Notes: a model not told the origin generated them from the sequence alone. Shown: positions 38,708-52,846, counted from the whole stretch's first letter. The stretch is DNA of 62,410 bases, filler included, from Dugesia japonica (GCA_001938525.1; 6 parts of 6 records of this genome joined end to end with filler, not necessarily neighbours in it); one strand, 5' to 3'. Translations and numbers: made by a program.

Positions 38708-39310
38708 TTAACAAAACAGAATAAATATATTTTTTTAATTTTGTTTATAATTTATTGAAATGATTTATTTTAAATAAAATTCTGATATTATTGAAAAATC
38801 TTCGAAAAAATGCACATTAATTATATAACAAATTCTTTGTTTGTGTAAGTTGGTAAATAATTTTATATCATTTAATAAACAATTATAAATATAAAATAAC
38901 ATAAGAAATAGATTGTGAATTTTAGAATTTTAGATTTAACATATCATAGTCCCTTTGTATTTTGGGTAACCAAAAGATTTTTATATCTATCAAAATGTAG
39001 TTATAAAAACATTTACTTGTAATTGGCGTTGGTGAAAAACCTGAAATATAATATGGTTATTTGTTATTAAATTAAAAAATTTAATAATTTAAAATAAATT
39101 CTAAAAAAAATCAAATTTCAATTAATTTACATAATTTTATATGAGGAAAATGAGGTAAAAAGAGAGAATGAGATTAAACTCGATGAAATTTCGGATAGCG
39201 AGGAACAGATATGTCAATTTAGAGAAACGCCAGAAATTTCATACAAAGTTAAACCCTATTCAAGTTTTACAAAAGTGCAACGATCAAGCAATAACTGTTA
39301 ATTGTTAAAA

Positions 39311-40079
39311 ATGGCAGAAAGAATGATTGAGAAGTCAGAAAATTGTAAAAATACCAAAGAATTACGAGAATGTGAATAAATTTTAAAATAATTGTTGAGT
39401 GAAATATATTGTTTGTGGCTAATACGATGTGATACAAGTGTTTATACTAAAGATATAGGAGATAAGTTGATTCAAATTTACCCAAGCATAATGACGGAAA
39501 TGAATGTAAAAGACACTTATAATGATCAGAAAATGATTAATAAATAGTTTGACAATGGATGTACTAAAAATAAAATTTTAGTCGGACTTGGATTCTTAAC
39601 TCAGCAAATTGGCCTTAATATTTCAAATGATGGTAGAAATATGGGAATTTTGATAAAAGACGCAACAAAAATTATAAATTATATGTATGATTTTATCCTG
39701 AAACAATGAGGTTGGGAATCCTTGTCGGTTTTAAAACCGATAAAACCCAGAAATCCATCCTTTTCCTCAAGATTTGGAGGTAATGTTGTTGATAATGATT
39801 ATTTTGATCAGTTGTATAAGCGTTAGTACAGCCTTAACAGCTTTTGATTGTTCTCAAACTGAATTGGGAAAAATATATTCATTAGTTAATGTGGTGGAAT
39901 GTCTAGGTGCACATTCGTTAAAATTGAAAACAGAAAAAATGTACCATATTATGCGTATCAATAGTCAGGAATTCGTCGGACAACAATTCGGAAAAGAACA
40001 ACTTTTATATTTTATTGTGGAAAATGGAGTCACTCATCATTAAAAGATTTTAAATCAATTCCAAGACCAGTAGATATTA
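39311..40079 (+). pseudogene. Second, diverged Bcl-2-like + signal peptide + glycoprotein N-terminus cassette (degraded, cut by contig end)
   Basis: One frame from ATG 39311, with several stops: BH3-like TKDIGDKLIQIY, BH1-like FDNGCTKNKILVGLGF, BH2-like FILKQ*GWESL. After a frameshift: VMLLIMIILISCISVSTA-LTAFDC..IYSLVNVVEC and later FYCGKWSHSS, homologous to IRAYDC..YSLIDAEEC..YWCGGSSYS at ~14090. Confidence 0.78.
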
Positions 40080-40179
40080 NNNNNNNNNNNNNNNNNNNNN
40101 NNNNNNNNNNNNNNNNNNNNNNNTTAATTAATTAANNNNNNNNNNNNNNNNNNNNNNNNNNNNNNNNNNNNNNNNNNNN
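40080..40179. other. Artificial contig spacer
   Basis: 44N-TTAATTAATTAA-44N. Confidence 0.95.
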
Positions 40180-41027
40180 TGCATATATATATATATATAT
40201 ATTAATAGAATCATATTTAAAAGATAAAATCAGTTAACTTTAACTAATTAAACATTTTAGTTTATCTTGCACATATAAAATTATTATAATACAATTCTAT
40301 TAAAATGTTATCTTAAATAAGAATAAACAAGGACTTATTCTATATAATTCTTATCAATAAATTTTCACAAAGATATTAAATTTATAAATTTTAATTAAGA
40401 ATCCTTGTGTCTATGAAATAGACATCTATTTTAAAATAACTTTGAAAATCAGCGATTGAAAAATAAACACGTCAAAATTGATTTGAGAAAATCTCCGTTT
40501 ACTATTAAGATTGAAGGTCAAAATTTATGCTATTAAACAGATACTTGTTGTATTTGATTATGTTTATCAATTCAGACTTCAAACTCAATTAAATAATAAC
40601 AAATAAAAGAATAACATATTAACTAGTGATAAATATTTATTGTTAAACAATTTAATAATTTTCTTTGTATCTGTATACAACAGAGTATTTCAAAAATTAG
40701 AATTTTAAAACATTTTTCTAGAAATAACATCGTAAACAGTAGACTATTGACACCTTATTTTCTGAGAGATTATAGCCAATTGCTATTACTCTTTTGATAA
40801 ATTTCACATTTATAAATTGTTATTATTTAGGAAATTTTTATTGATACAGTCCTCGTTCAAATAGACAGCAAGTTATTGTTAATTTTTAAAAAGAGGGTTT
40901 TTTTCTAATCAAATATGTAGCAAAAGCAAATTAAAAATACAATTTTATTTTTCGATATTATGAGGATAAAATTCTCAAAATTTGTTTGTATTCTTTTTAT
41001 AATTTGATAATAAAACCAAATGTTCTT

Positions 41028-41140
41028 TTCATTTAATATAAAAGCTTTGATCAAAATTTAGGTTTTATTTATTGTTATTGTTATCCAAATATCGAATAAA
41101 TAAAACCTAAATTTTGATCAAAGCTTTTATATTAAATGAA
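41028..41140. repeat. Perfect 46-bp inverted repeat with a 21-nt spacer
   Basis: ttcatttaatataaaagctttgatcaaaatttaggttttatttatt (41028-41073) and its exact reverse complement (41095-41140). Confidence 0.93.
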
Positions 41141-41340
41141 TTCTATAAAATGATCAATGGTTATGTCCAACAATTATTCTCGCAATAATTGCAATTGTAA
41201 AAAAATGTTCTTTTCTAAATATTAAGCCACTTAATCGCCAATCGAAGACTTAAAGTGTGTATGTTTGTTTTATTAATTTGAATTTTCTTAGAAAATTTCA
41301 TCACTATTTATAAGTATGATATGTATTGTTCACATTACAA

Positions 41341-41687
41341 CAGTGGATTGCAAATTTTATGTCACTGCGCCTCCCATACAGTGAATCTAATTCTAGAGCC
41401 TAAGATCTTTTATTTTATAAAAAAATGTATGTTTTAAATGTTGAAAAATGTACAAGTGTCAATAAATGAATAGTAATATGATTCATACTTATGTAAGACT
41501 ACCCGTGCCGGCAAATGATTTAATATATATATATATATGTACGCTATATTATAACATTTAATGTAATTTGATGGAATTTATTTATATTCACATATTTTAT
41601 TTATTTACTAGTGTTAAAAAAATTTTATTTCTATTAAAAATATCACGCCTCCCTAGGGAGGAGCACCTGTCAGTTTGCAAACCACTG
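41341..41687. mobile_element. hAT-family MITE
   Basis: TIRs cagtgg(a/t)ttgcaaa; perfect 8-bp TSD cattacaa on both sides. Confidence 0.9.
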
Positions 41688-42346
41688 CATTACAATATAC
41701 AGCGAATGATTTTTATCATAAATCTGATCTGTTACTAAAATTAGGTTTGTTACTAAAAAGATTCATTAATATTTTTTAAAATCGATTTTTATTTTTTTTT
41801 ACCAACATTCAAGAAAATATGCTTTACAAATATTAGAGAAGTGGAGAAATAAGAGAGGGATGTAGTATTATCAATTTTAATTGAAAAAATTCAAAAATTA
41901 TTAGTGTAAGATTATTGGAATGTGCAGATTATTAATGAGAATGAAGCTATAAATTTTAATAATGGTATTATAAATTCTAATGAATTTCATTTCACAATTT
42001 TTTTTTCTTTTAAGTATTCATGTCAAATGAAAAAAAATTAAAAAAACAGAAATCAACCAATAGTTAGAAGAAAGGGTGCGGTAAGAATATTTTAAAAAAG
42101 TAAAACTTTATTTGCATTGATTTAAAATTAAAAGTATTTGAATTTGTAAAATGGGATAGAAACGAAATAAACACATGTTCATTTTTACGTTTTAAAAACC
42201 GTTTTTATTTCTGAAAATATGCTGATGTTTTAAATATTTAATTAATTCTTACGATATTTGAAAAAAATATCAGAAAAAATGATTTGATCTAAAAAAATTC
42301 ACATAAATTTAAAGGAATATTAAATGAGATTTTCTATAAAAAATAT

Positions 42347-43536
42347 ATCAGGTGTCCAAATAAATTTTTGTCGATATTTTGAAAAAAAAATAAAGTCAAC
42401 ATTTAAATTTTGGGCATATTTATTCATCGAAATAGAATCAATCACATTGTATAACGTCATCCTAATGGTTTTACAACTTGATAATATCATTTTTATATAA
42501 TTATGTCGTCTTACTGAAGAAGAAATTGGACAGTTTTTAGCTCCGTTTCATTTTTGAACTTCAATTGAAAATTTTTTGACGAGATCCGGTGAATATCGCG
42601 GATGGCAAATGATTTCCCACTCAAGCTTCGTTATCTTGTCGACAGTTTTTTTGCAACTTGCAGTAAAACATTGTCTTGAATCAATAAAACCTTCTTTCTG
42701 TTTACTAATGCATGCTATTTTTGCAACAATTTTTCTTGAACAATTTCTAATTAAGCACAAAATATGTCGGCGGTTATTGTTTCTTTCATTTTTAGGAACT
42801 CGTGATGAATGATTCATCCACAAGTCCACCAATCACACAGTAAAAGGTTTATCCTGAATTGTTAGGACTTTGTAACATGTGGTAAGAGATCCGTATGAGA
42901 TAATCAATGATGTGTTCTCTTAGGATTTGAATACATTACCCAATTTTCGTAGCAAATCAAGATTTTAGTCAGTTAAAACGAGAAGTACATATTGGCAGTT
43001 CTTTGAATCTATTCTCTGGTATCAAGTAATGTGGAACTCATTTTCTTAATTTCCATCTCTTTCCAATCTGATGCCTATACAACCTTATTGCTTCCACACT
43101 GACATTAAATGTCAAACCAAGTTCCTGATATGTCAGACTTGAATGTCACCCGATTACCTTTCTCAATTCACCATTGCTCATGGAAACTGGTCTCCAAGAT
43201 CTGACTGGTAGATTCTCATCAACTGAAATAAATTTTTGGAACAAATGACGAGAAGTTCTTTTCTTTACTGTATCTTCTCCAAATATAAAACAAATCTTTC
43301 GACAGGCTTCTGAAACATTAGACACAAGCTTAAAATCATATATTACGTAGGAAAGAATGATTGATTTTCTGTCCGCTATTTTAACCAATAAAAAATTTCA
43401 AATATATAATATTATAAATATAAATATATGAATGAATTAAAGCAATATATTCAAACCAATTAATTTCTTAAGGAAAAATAATAAATTATTTTGTGAAATG
43501 TAAATATGAAAATTCGACAAAAACTTATTTGGATAT
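42347..43536 (-). mobile_element. Mariner transposon, degenerate near-full-length copy
   Basis: YDFKL...EACRKI...FGEDTV (HTH), LEWEIICHPRYSPDL. Inverted ends ccaaataa(a/g)tttttgtcga at ~42356 and ~43515-43532. Confidence 0.88.
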
Positions 43537-45428
43537 AAAATAATTATTGGTTTACCCATTGGTTTTCTATAAATTTACGTTAATTTGAAAAACTATAGGA
43601 TATAATAACTATAAAAAATCTTTCTTCATCTGTTATCACCCACCTCTCACGTGAGGGGTTTGAAAACTGTTTTAATTGCACGAAATCTTTTGCTTAAATG
43701 TATGTGAAAATTACAACTCCCATTCTTCAGGATCACGCAACAACAATATCACAATATCGTTTTGATATATAAAAATATCTAACTAATCAAAATTTATTCA
43801 CGGACACCAGACATATGCTATCGAACTTCCAAGATCAACTGACTACAGTTTGAAAGCTTTTGGGTTAAAGAACAATTCTGGAAGCCAAGATTGTTCATTA
43901 ATAGATCACCTACTGTATATTTTATTTTATTCAAGAATCTTAATTATAATTTCGAAAACCAATATTTTGCGAATCAATAACTTTAACATGATTTCCATCT
44001 AATTATAATAACATAATAGAATAATGATTGTAAAATTAAGAAAATCAGACCGCTGTTTCTGAGTTTACCATAATATTGGTTAAATAACAAAGAAATTATA
44101 ACAATAAACTATCAGATTTTAAATATTTTTTGTCAACTTACATTAATTGATAACAGATCGGAATTTTGATCATTTGAATAAATTCCTAAATTATCTGATG
44201 TAAAGCACTTTACTTCATTTTTTAGACATTTGTAACATTTGCTATTACAACCTGTTGTTGAATGAGAATACGCAAAACTTCCCCAACAAGCTGATTGTAA
44301 AAGTTTCATATAAAACCAATTATCACGAGAGAGAGAGTACCAGATTTTATTTACTAATGAAATTCTAGTCAGAGTTTCTAAAATACAGTTTTTAGAAATA
44401 ATTATACAATAAGTATTAAATTTATTAAAATTATTTAAGATTTACTATTTAAAATTTAAAACTACCAATTAGAAATTTAAGAAAGTCGTAGTTATGAGGT
44501 TGTTACAAAAAACAGAGTTTAAATTTGTTATCATTTTTTTGAAATTTCTTTAAAATTTTTTTAAAATTAAAATGAAATCTCACATGCGATCAATGGTTAA
44601 GTCCAATAATTATTCTCACAATAATTGTAATTATGAAATAATTAAGATTACGTTTGTAAAAAAAATGTTAACTAATAAATATTAAATTTTTTAATGAAAA
44701 TTTTACAATCTAACTTTTTGCAAGAATTAATTTTTTTTAAAAATGTTAAAGAAAAGTAAAAATTTTTAGTTTCATATAAGATAAATTATAAGTGCGTAAA
44801 AAAGTTTGAAAATATATAATTTTTTAAAATCATCAATTTTTGGTAATTAATTAATAAATTTTCATTTTAATTTAAAACTTATACAAGTTAATATAACAGA
44901 TAAGTACTTAAAAATTATTTTTTAAGATTATTAAAAATAAATAAAAAATATAAGTATGTTAAAATAATAAAAAGTTATTAACAATAATTATTTTATTTTT
45001 AAAAAAATAGACAAGAGAAAAATTTAATAACGTATAATATTATTGAGAATTTCAACTTGACTTTAAATTATTTTTACTTTGCTTGAATAAACAAATTATT
45101 GTTGTTATAGTTTTAATTATTAAGTTTTATCGAATCATCTGATCTTTGAAATTCAACGCATCTAACAATAGTTATAAAAATTTTTCAAACCTTTTTGTTC
45201 GAGTACATTTTGATAGGAACAAAGAATAAATTATTAGAGCAGTCATCAGCAGTAAAAGACATTATTTGAATTAAGTTGACGAGTCAAACAGTTTAATAAT
45301 AAATTTTTAAACAAAATATTTTAATCGGAATTTAGTAAAAGAATGTGGAATTTAATTGATTTAATAAATTTTCTTTTCNNNNNNNNNNNNNNNNNNNNNN
45401 NNNNNNNNNNNNNNNNNNNNNNNNNNNN

Positions 45429-45460
<32 letters not shown>

Positions 45461-45629
45461 TAATAATAATAATGATAGTTATATATCAGTTATAAATTGA
45501 TATAAAGTTTTAGTTTAATAATTTAGAAAATTATTAATATTATTTTAATTGTAAAACTTTGATAAAATATTATCAGTTTTTGCAATTATTGAATTTTAAT
45601 AAATAAATATTTAAGGAACAATCTTGTGT

Positions 45630-47960
45630 TCTAACTGGTATTCACAGTAAACACGATGGCAAAAAAGAAAAGATGAACGACGAAATTTTTTTTCGAAATT
45701 ACCGTCTTCAACTTAGGAGCCGAGTTTTTTGATGGATCATCAGATAAAGCTAAAGAGTGGATTCAAATAACAAAAGAGTTCAGGTCGTTCAATCGGATGG
45801 AATTATAGTTTGCTTTTGATATGCTAATGCGCCAGAATGGTAAGGAGTTCTGGTTGGCAAAAACAAAAGAAGTTGAGAAATTGTCTAATGAAATTTGTGA
45901 ATTTTAGTTTCAAGAATCATTCATAATTCAGGAAACATTGGTTGATAAGGTTTCGATCTTGTCAAAAATAATGCAGAAACCAAATGAAAAATTACGAAAT
46001 TTTGAAATTAGAGTAAGAAAACTAGTCAATGAAGTATTTTCAAGTAAGAAGTCATTCGATGAAAAAGCTACATTGTTTATAACTAATAGCATACAGAGCG
46101 AAAAGTTGAAGGAATCATTTGTCCTCCGATCAGAGTTAACTGATATCCAACGACGAGAATTGGGTTCTAAATCGGTTAATCTAATACCAACACACTCTAT
46201 CAGTATGGTGAAAGAGATTTATTCTAATTGATTAAAAATTAATTAAAAATGTGTCAATTCAAATTTGGAAACAATCACCCGAAGATAAGTGTTCAAAGTG
46301 ACACAAATATTAGAGACCGACAACTCCATTTCAAAAAGATCCGCATTTCGAACAAAGCAAGTCGACTCAAAGACAAGGTCAGTATAATTTTCTGCAATAT
46401 TCTTTGACATATTTAGCAAATAAACTATATTGTAAAGCTAAAGGGACGATACCGCCATGAAACAAAATCATAAAGACAGGAGCATGTTTTTGCTGTGGAG
46501 AAACTAGTCATAGAAAGATGAATTGTCCATNGAAAGGAAAATGCTTAATTTGTGGAAAGGAAAGTCATGGTTTTCGGGATTGTTTATTGATTTGAGCAAG
46601 AAACTTTTCGGTGTCTAAAGTTTTGTGTATTTCAGAAAAGAATGATAATCAATTCCGTACAAGGGAATATATAGATTATATACATGATGGATTATATACA
46701 CGATAGATTACAAAAAAACGATTGGAAACCCACTTCATCCATCTTATCATTGAGGTTACAATAACGGATTGTAAAACGACAGATGTAAGAATGATATTTG
46801 ACAAAAAGAAGATATTTCAGAAGAAAGATGGAAGAGAATAGAGTATAGAGAAATATATATGACGTTGAAATTTTATGGGATTCAGGAGCATCGATATCAG
46901 TATTGAGATAAGAAGTTTAGAGAAAAGTTGAATCACCGACGCTATCGCAGTCACAGATTGTGTTATCAGGAGTTTTTTCAGAGAAAGCAAAAAGATGTAT
47001 TGGCAAAATTAAATTACATTTACATTGGTATGGGAAACGAAAAGAAAATAGTAATTGTCAAAAATATTCGTCACGGATTTATTGTGGGCATTGATATGAT
47101 GAGGATATTTGGAATGAAAAAAACCGAAGTTGACTTTATTGATTCAATTGAGCGAATTGTTGAGAATCCAAAAAGAGTGAAAAATGTTCTGAATATTCAA
47201 AAGAATGTCAATCAAGAAATTAGAAGACTGATAGAAGAACACGTAGAGATATTTATAATATCCAAATTTGATCTTGGATTTACATTGAAACCAAAAGAAG
47301 ATCAATAATGTTAAATCCTAGAAGACAACCAATGCATTTGAAAAGAAAGATTGACGAGTTTAAAGATAAATCCGGATAAATGCGTATTAAATTCTGAGAA
47401 ATTGCGATTCTTGGGTCATTCCAATAGTGCTATAAGTGTAGAGACAAACTATGATACTGTCAGGAAAATCGGAGAAGCGGACACACCAAAATGCGCCACA
47501 TTTCTAACCAACTATTACAGGCGGTTTTCTAAAAGACTACGCTCACATTACAGCACCATTATATGCAGCCATTGCAAGGTAATAAAAAAAATTGAATGTA
47601 CAAACAAATGTGAGTATAGTTTTCAAATGTTAAAGATAAAGTTAAGCAGTCCTATTTTGGCTTTTCCAAATGATAAAAATGACATAATATTGGAAATATA
47701 TGAATGTTTTGCGGCAATTGGAGGAGTTTTAAGCCAAGTTACAAACTAAAAGAATAGAAACGAGTAATAAATTATGGTTCTAACACATTAAATGATCATA
47801 AAAAAGGATATTGCGTAACTTGCAAGGAGTTTTATAATTACAATTATTGGTGGACTTAATTATTGATCACGTTTGAGATTTTTTTTGATCGAAGCCTTTT
47901 CTTTATTTTAATGAAATCGCAAGGAGTTGTTGGCATTGCACAAGTTCATGGTGCACTGAA
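45630..47960 (+). mobile_element. Degenerate conventional Gypsy gag-pol fragment
   Basis: Gag-like FFDGSSDKAKEWI..Q.PNEKLRNFEIR, knuckles CFCCGETSHRKMNC and CLICGKESHGFRDC, protease DSGASIS..FIVGIDMM, RT thumb LKINPDKC..FLGH..NYYRRF, RNase H AIGGVLSQ..YCVT.KEL. Confidence 0.85.
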
Positions 47961-48199
47961 CCCCACTGTTGATAATTTAATGATTAAAAATTTCTGGTGA
48001 CGTAATCATAAAAAGGTATTACACAAAAAACGTTAAAAATAAAATACAGCCGCCATTTTAAATTTTTAAAATTTTATTCTTGTACAAGTTTATAAAGAAT
48101 TAAAAACTACGTATCTATTACCTTAATGACTAGTATAAAAAAGTTTTTTGTTTTGATACAATTTAGAATCTAATTTAAAATATAAAGTTGAACAAAGAA

Positions 48200-49920
48200 A
48201 TTTTTTATGGGGGACTTCTATGCAATTTTTAAAATATTTCAACGATTTCTATGTAATTTATTAAAAATTGTTATGACTTCTATGTAATTTTGGCTATATT
48301 TTAACAACATCCATGTAATACAATTGAAATATCTATGTAAGATAACACTCAAAAGACAATTATGAGAAAACATTATTTAAAACACACATGTTTTTTATTA
48401 GACACTTGAAAATTCAATCAATATGTCTTCATCTGTCATTTCTTTATCATTTTCCTCATCATTGGACTGTGAAACAATCATTTCCTCATCAATCATATCC
48501 TTATTTGTAGGTGTATCGGGCATTAATTTATCAAAAATATCATCATTTGGAGGTATTTCAATTATTTCCTCATAAATAATGACATCATTTATAGTTGTAT
48601 CAGGTATTTCCTCATCAATATAGACATAATTTAGTAGAGTATCGTTCATCTCTTACTTGGATGTTGCATCTATTTCATCTTTCTCTACGTCAATCATATC
48701 GTCTATAATATTATAGAAATGCATTAACAATCAGTTGTTAAGTTTGTATCAGTCCTTTATTTATCTTACATTTTCATTGCTTAACATGTATTTATGATGT
48801 ACACATGGATTAATTTGTATAACATTTTAATGTCCCCCTGGAACTTTTAATATTAATATTTTAAATAGATGAGTATTTTGCTGTATAATGTGTATTATAT
48901 GGGTCTATTTGGTTCACTCTATATATTTACCTGTATGCATAGGGTTTATTGTATGTATTTAACTGAATTTATAGGGTTTATTGTACCTTTTAACTAGTTC
49001 AATTGAGGTATTGGTATGTATTTAATGCTATTAGGTTTATTGTATGTATTATATGACTAAAGAGTATATTGTGCGTACTTAAATAAAGTTATTTCATTAA
49101 ATATATGTATTATATGACATCATTGGATGCAATTTATGACAATATTTTGTGTATTACGCGAGTGTATAAATAAAAATATATAAACTTTAATTAACTTTTA
49201 TGTAATATCTGTGTTATTTTCTCCTATGTTTTACATGGGATTTTGTAAACGCTTAGTAAAATATATAAAATTTTTGGGCAAATACATAGAGATATATGTT
49301 ATGTTTGAAAAATATTACATAGATCTTAATGTGTGTATTATAAGAACCTATTTGGGTTTATTATATGTATAATGGTTTTCTGTGTATAAGACCCATTTAG
49401 TTTATTGTATGAATACTACTTGTTGGTTTCATCTGCATAAAATTCAATTGAGTTATTTGTGTGCATTTAATGCCTCTATTAGTTAAATTTGTTTATTATA
49501 TGTCTTAATGAATTTATTTTGTGTATTATATAACTATATTGGGTTTATTGTATGTAATAATTTGTATACTTAAATGACTTTATTGAGTATTTTTTGTGTA
49601 TTATATGACATTATTGGATGTAATATTTGATATTATTTCGTGTATTATGCGTATTATATGACATTATTTTGTATATTGTTTGTATTATGTGAATATATAG
49701 AATATATTATGTGTGCATTATACAATTTAAAAATTTTTATTGTGTGTATTATATGACAATCTTGGGCGTATTGTATGTATTTAAGTGACTTTATTGGGTT
49801 AATTATATGTATTATATGACTAAATTGGGTTTATTGCGTGCATAATATAACCTTATTAGGTTTATTGTATGTATTATATGGATATATAGGGTATATTGTA
49901 GGTATTTATGTGACTTTAAT
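48200..49920. repeat. Second copy of the composite minisatellite-rich repeat, containing an 83-aa acidic ORF (48398-48649, minus)
   Basis: Shares ttgaaatatct.tgtaagataacac.caaaagacaattatgagaaaa and flanking arrays with 24200-25400. Confidence 0.8.
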
Positions 49921-49924
49921 GCTT

Positions 49925-50746
49925 TTTGATTTATTCAATGCAATGAAAATTTACAAAATTCAAAATCATATCAAATTAATAAGTGAGTGTAAAAGAAGAG
50001 AATTAATACCATTTGGTTTGAGAACTAAAAACAAACTCAAGAATACCTGTCAATGTCATCAATCCGAAGAACTATCTAAACGTCAAAGCTTTCAATGGAT
50101 AACCCTTCTTCGTAAAAGACTCTATAGCGAACTCTGAAAGGAAATAAACCACTACCATTTCCACTAAATGAAAAAGATGAAGAATCATAAAGAAAATTTA
50201 AAAACATTAATGATCTCAACAAACAAAAGAAATTGAGAAATCTACTTTCTGAAAAAACTAAAACAGAAGAAAGAGTTAAAATGAAAACAATTCTACACTT
50301 AGATGTTAGTGAAAATACAACAGTTCTTCCATTCCAAAATTTGACAGATCATACATTTACTGACAAACAAATTGAATTATTAAATAAAGAACCGAGCTAT
50401 ATCCCTACAAATTCAGGAGCCTCTGACTCTTACAATATTGCAATGATTGAAGCTTCCATTTATAGTCTTAAATGTCAATTACACAGACTTGAAAATACAA
50501 CATATGAAACATCAGATAATTCCTCAATGTTTTCATCAAAGTGGAAGTATAAANNNNNNNNNNNNNNNNNNNNNNNNNNNNNNNNNNNNNNTATCCCAGA
50601 AATTGATAGCAATATAGAAGAACTCAGAAATAAACTTTTAGAAACTTACAAATATAATAAGAATACCAAATATAAAAGTAATGAAAACAAAATTATTAAA
50701 GAAATAAAGAATTTGAAATCAATCATCATCAGTCCAACAAACAAAA
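49925..50746 (+). mobile_element. Penelope-like retroelement ORF, N-terminal part
   Basis: NHIKLISECKRRELIPFGL (H..FL..C....IP.GL), NLTDHTFTDKQIELLNKEPSYIP (NLS...LT..E..LL.KG..F.P) and IIISPTNK (I...DKG position). Confidence 0.75.
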
Positions 50747-50846
50747 NNNNNNNNNNNNNNNNNNNNNNNNNNNNNNNNNNNNNNNNNNNNTTAATTAATT
50801 AANNNNNNNNNNNNNNNNNNNNNNNNNNNNNNNNNNNNNNNNNNNN
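50747..50846. other. Artificial contig spacer
   Basis: 44N-TTAATTAATTAA-44N. Confidence 0.95.
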
Positions 50847-50912
<66 letters not shown>

Positions 50913-51040
50913 AATGAAAAAATATGAAATTTGGATGAAAATTAAGGTGGAAAATGAAAGTAAGTGATTATCTTTAATTTACAAAATTAAATTAATTATC
51001 AAAGAATTTAATTAATTAAGGAAACTAGAGAAATGTTTAC

Positions 51041-52774
51041 TCTTGTTTAACTTTATCAAGGATTTTTTCTTCCTGAGTTTGTTCTTGTAGTTTTTTCATT
51101 AATATTTCCCGTTTTTTCTGTTCAGCACATTCTATTTGACTCTTTAAAATATCTTGTGCTTTCAATCTTTTTTCAATCAGTTTTTCTTGATTTACATCAT
51201 TTTTACCGAATACTGGTTCTTCTGAATCTGGCTGTAATTTTGGAATCGGTAGAGATTTATTGACAACTTGTGTATCAAGAGCTTTTTTATAAAGATCCTT
51301 TGACTTCTCTTTGTCTTTCAAATATTGATCGCGTTGCTTAGCCAAATCCTCTGCTAATTGCATTTGCTCTAATCGTTCTATAAAAGCTTCTTCTTCTTCA
51401 TTTTTCTTTCTTGTTAAAACCTTTTTCTCAACCTGTTTATCAAGTTCAGAACTGAAATTTCATTATAGTTAAATAATAAATAATACAAATAAAATGGAAA
51501 CCTTAAAATACTTTGCTTAATGATTTTTGGTGGAGTAAGTGGTCTACTTTCAAATAAATATGATCTATACATGTTAGGATCTTTTGACTTATGTTGTGTT
51601 TTAATGGCTTCTGCAACTCCGGCATTGAAAGCAGAGATTTTCTGACTATCATATTTCTTTGATAGAAGAGTTTCCTGAAAATAAGAGTTTCAATTCAGGC
51701 AACGATTTGAAAATTTAATATCAAAATAATATTATTAAATAACGGAAATAAAGCAGAAAGTCACTGAGACAACTTTTAATTTTATTTCATACTACTCACT
51801 AATTACAATCAGAATTAGGTGGACCTATTTTACTTTCTAAATACAAAGAAATAGAATAAAGATCATATTGACATTAAATTAAAAACTCTCAATATACTCA
51901 GAATACTACTGGATAGAACAAATTTCTTAAAAATTAATGAAATCTTTGCCATTGTCTAAAACAGTGAAAGCAACGACAAATGTGATGTAAAAATATATTT
52001 TGCTCTACAGATTCGACATATATAACCTTTTTTTCCTTATTTTCTTAAGAAACAAAAATATTAAAATTGATTCAAGTGGTCTCATTCTTTGACATTAAAT
52101 AAAGTAATCACTGGGAAAAACCTATTTAGGACAAATATTTTCCGGTATGGTAATAGGTTAAATTTTATTAGAAAAAGTGAACACATTGCAAACAATATAA
52201 AATCTGTAATCAGATTAATTCGACAACGAAATTTAAAAAAGAAAAATGTAAAAAAACTTCATAATCAATAATTTTAGATAAAATGCTGGAAATGTTACTC
52301 CATAATGAGAAAATAAATTATCAAGCCATGACAATATGGAATTAATTCCATGTATATTTTAATTCCAATTAAAAAATTAAGTTATCCCGCGAGATTACTA
52401 TCTAAATTATCAAATAGAAAATTAATTCTAATTCTAGCAACATCTATTGTATTTGAAGCCACAATTTTTCAGTTATTATTTTCATATCTATTGTGACGAG
52501 GACCTTTTCATAATCATTAAAAATTATCTCAAAATAATTTAAATAATGAATGATGAATGTGTCTAGGTTTGTAATTATTACTTAGTAGCCATTTTATATT
52601 TTGATGTGAAACAATTAATGTTTATGAACAAGTTTTATTTGGAGAAATAACAAATGTTAAAACAATAAAACAATAAAATAAACTAAACCTTTAACCTTTA
52701 CCGTATTAATCCAATTTCATATTATATATGGAATTAAACTTTTTGTTTGTATCTTTATTGTCGTTAATATTAAA

Positions 52775-52846
<72 letters not shown>

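Noticed and set aside
45630-45650. tggtattcacag as a tRNA primer-binding site with an upstream LTR
   Set aside because: Only a loose match, with no paired LTR or clear TG...CA ends visible.
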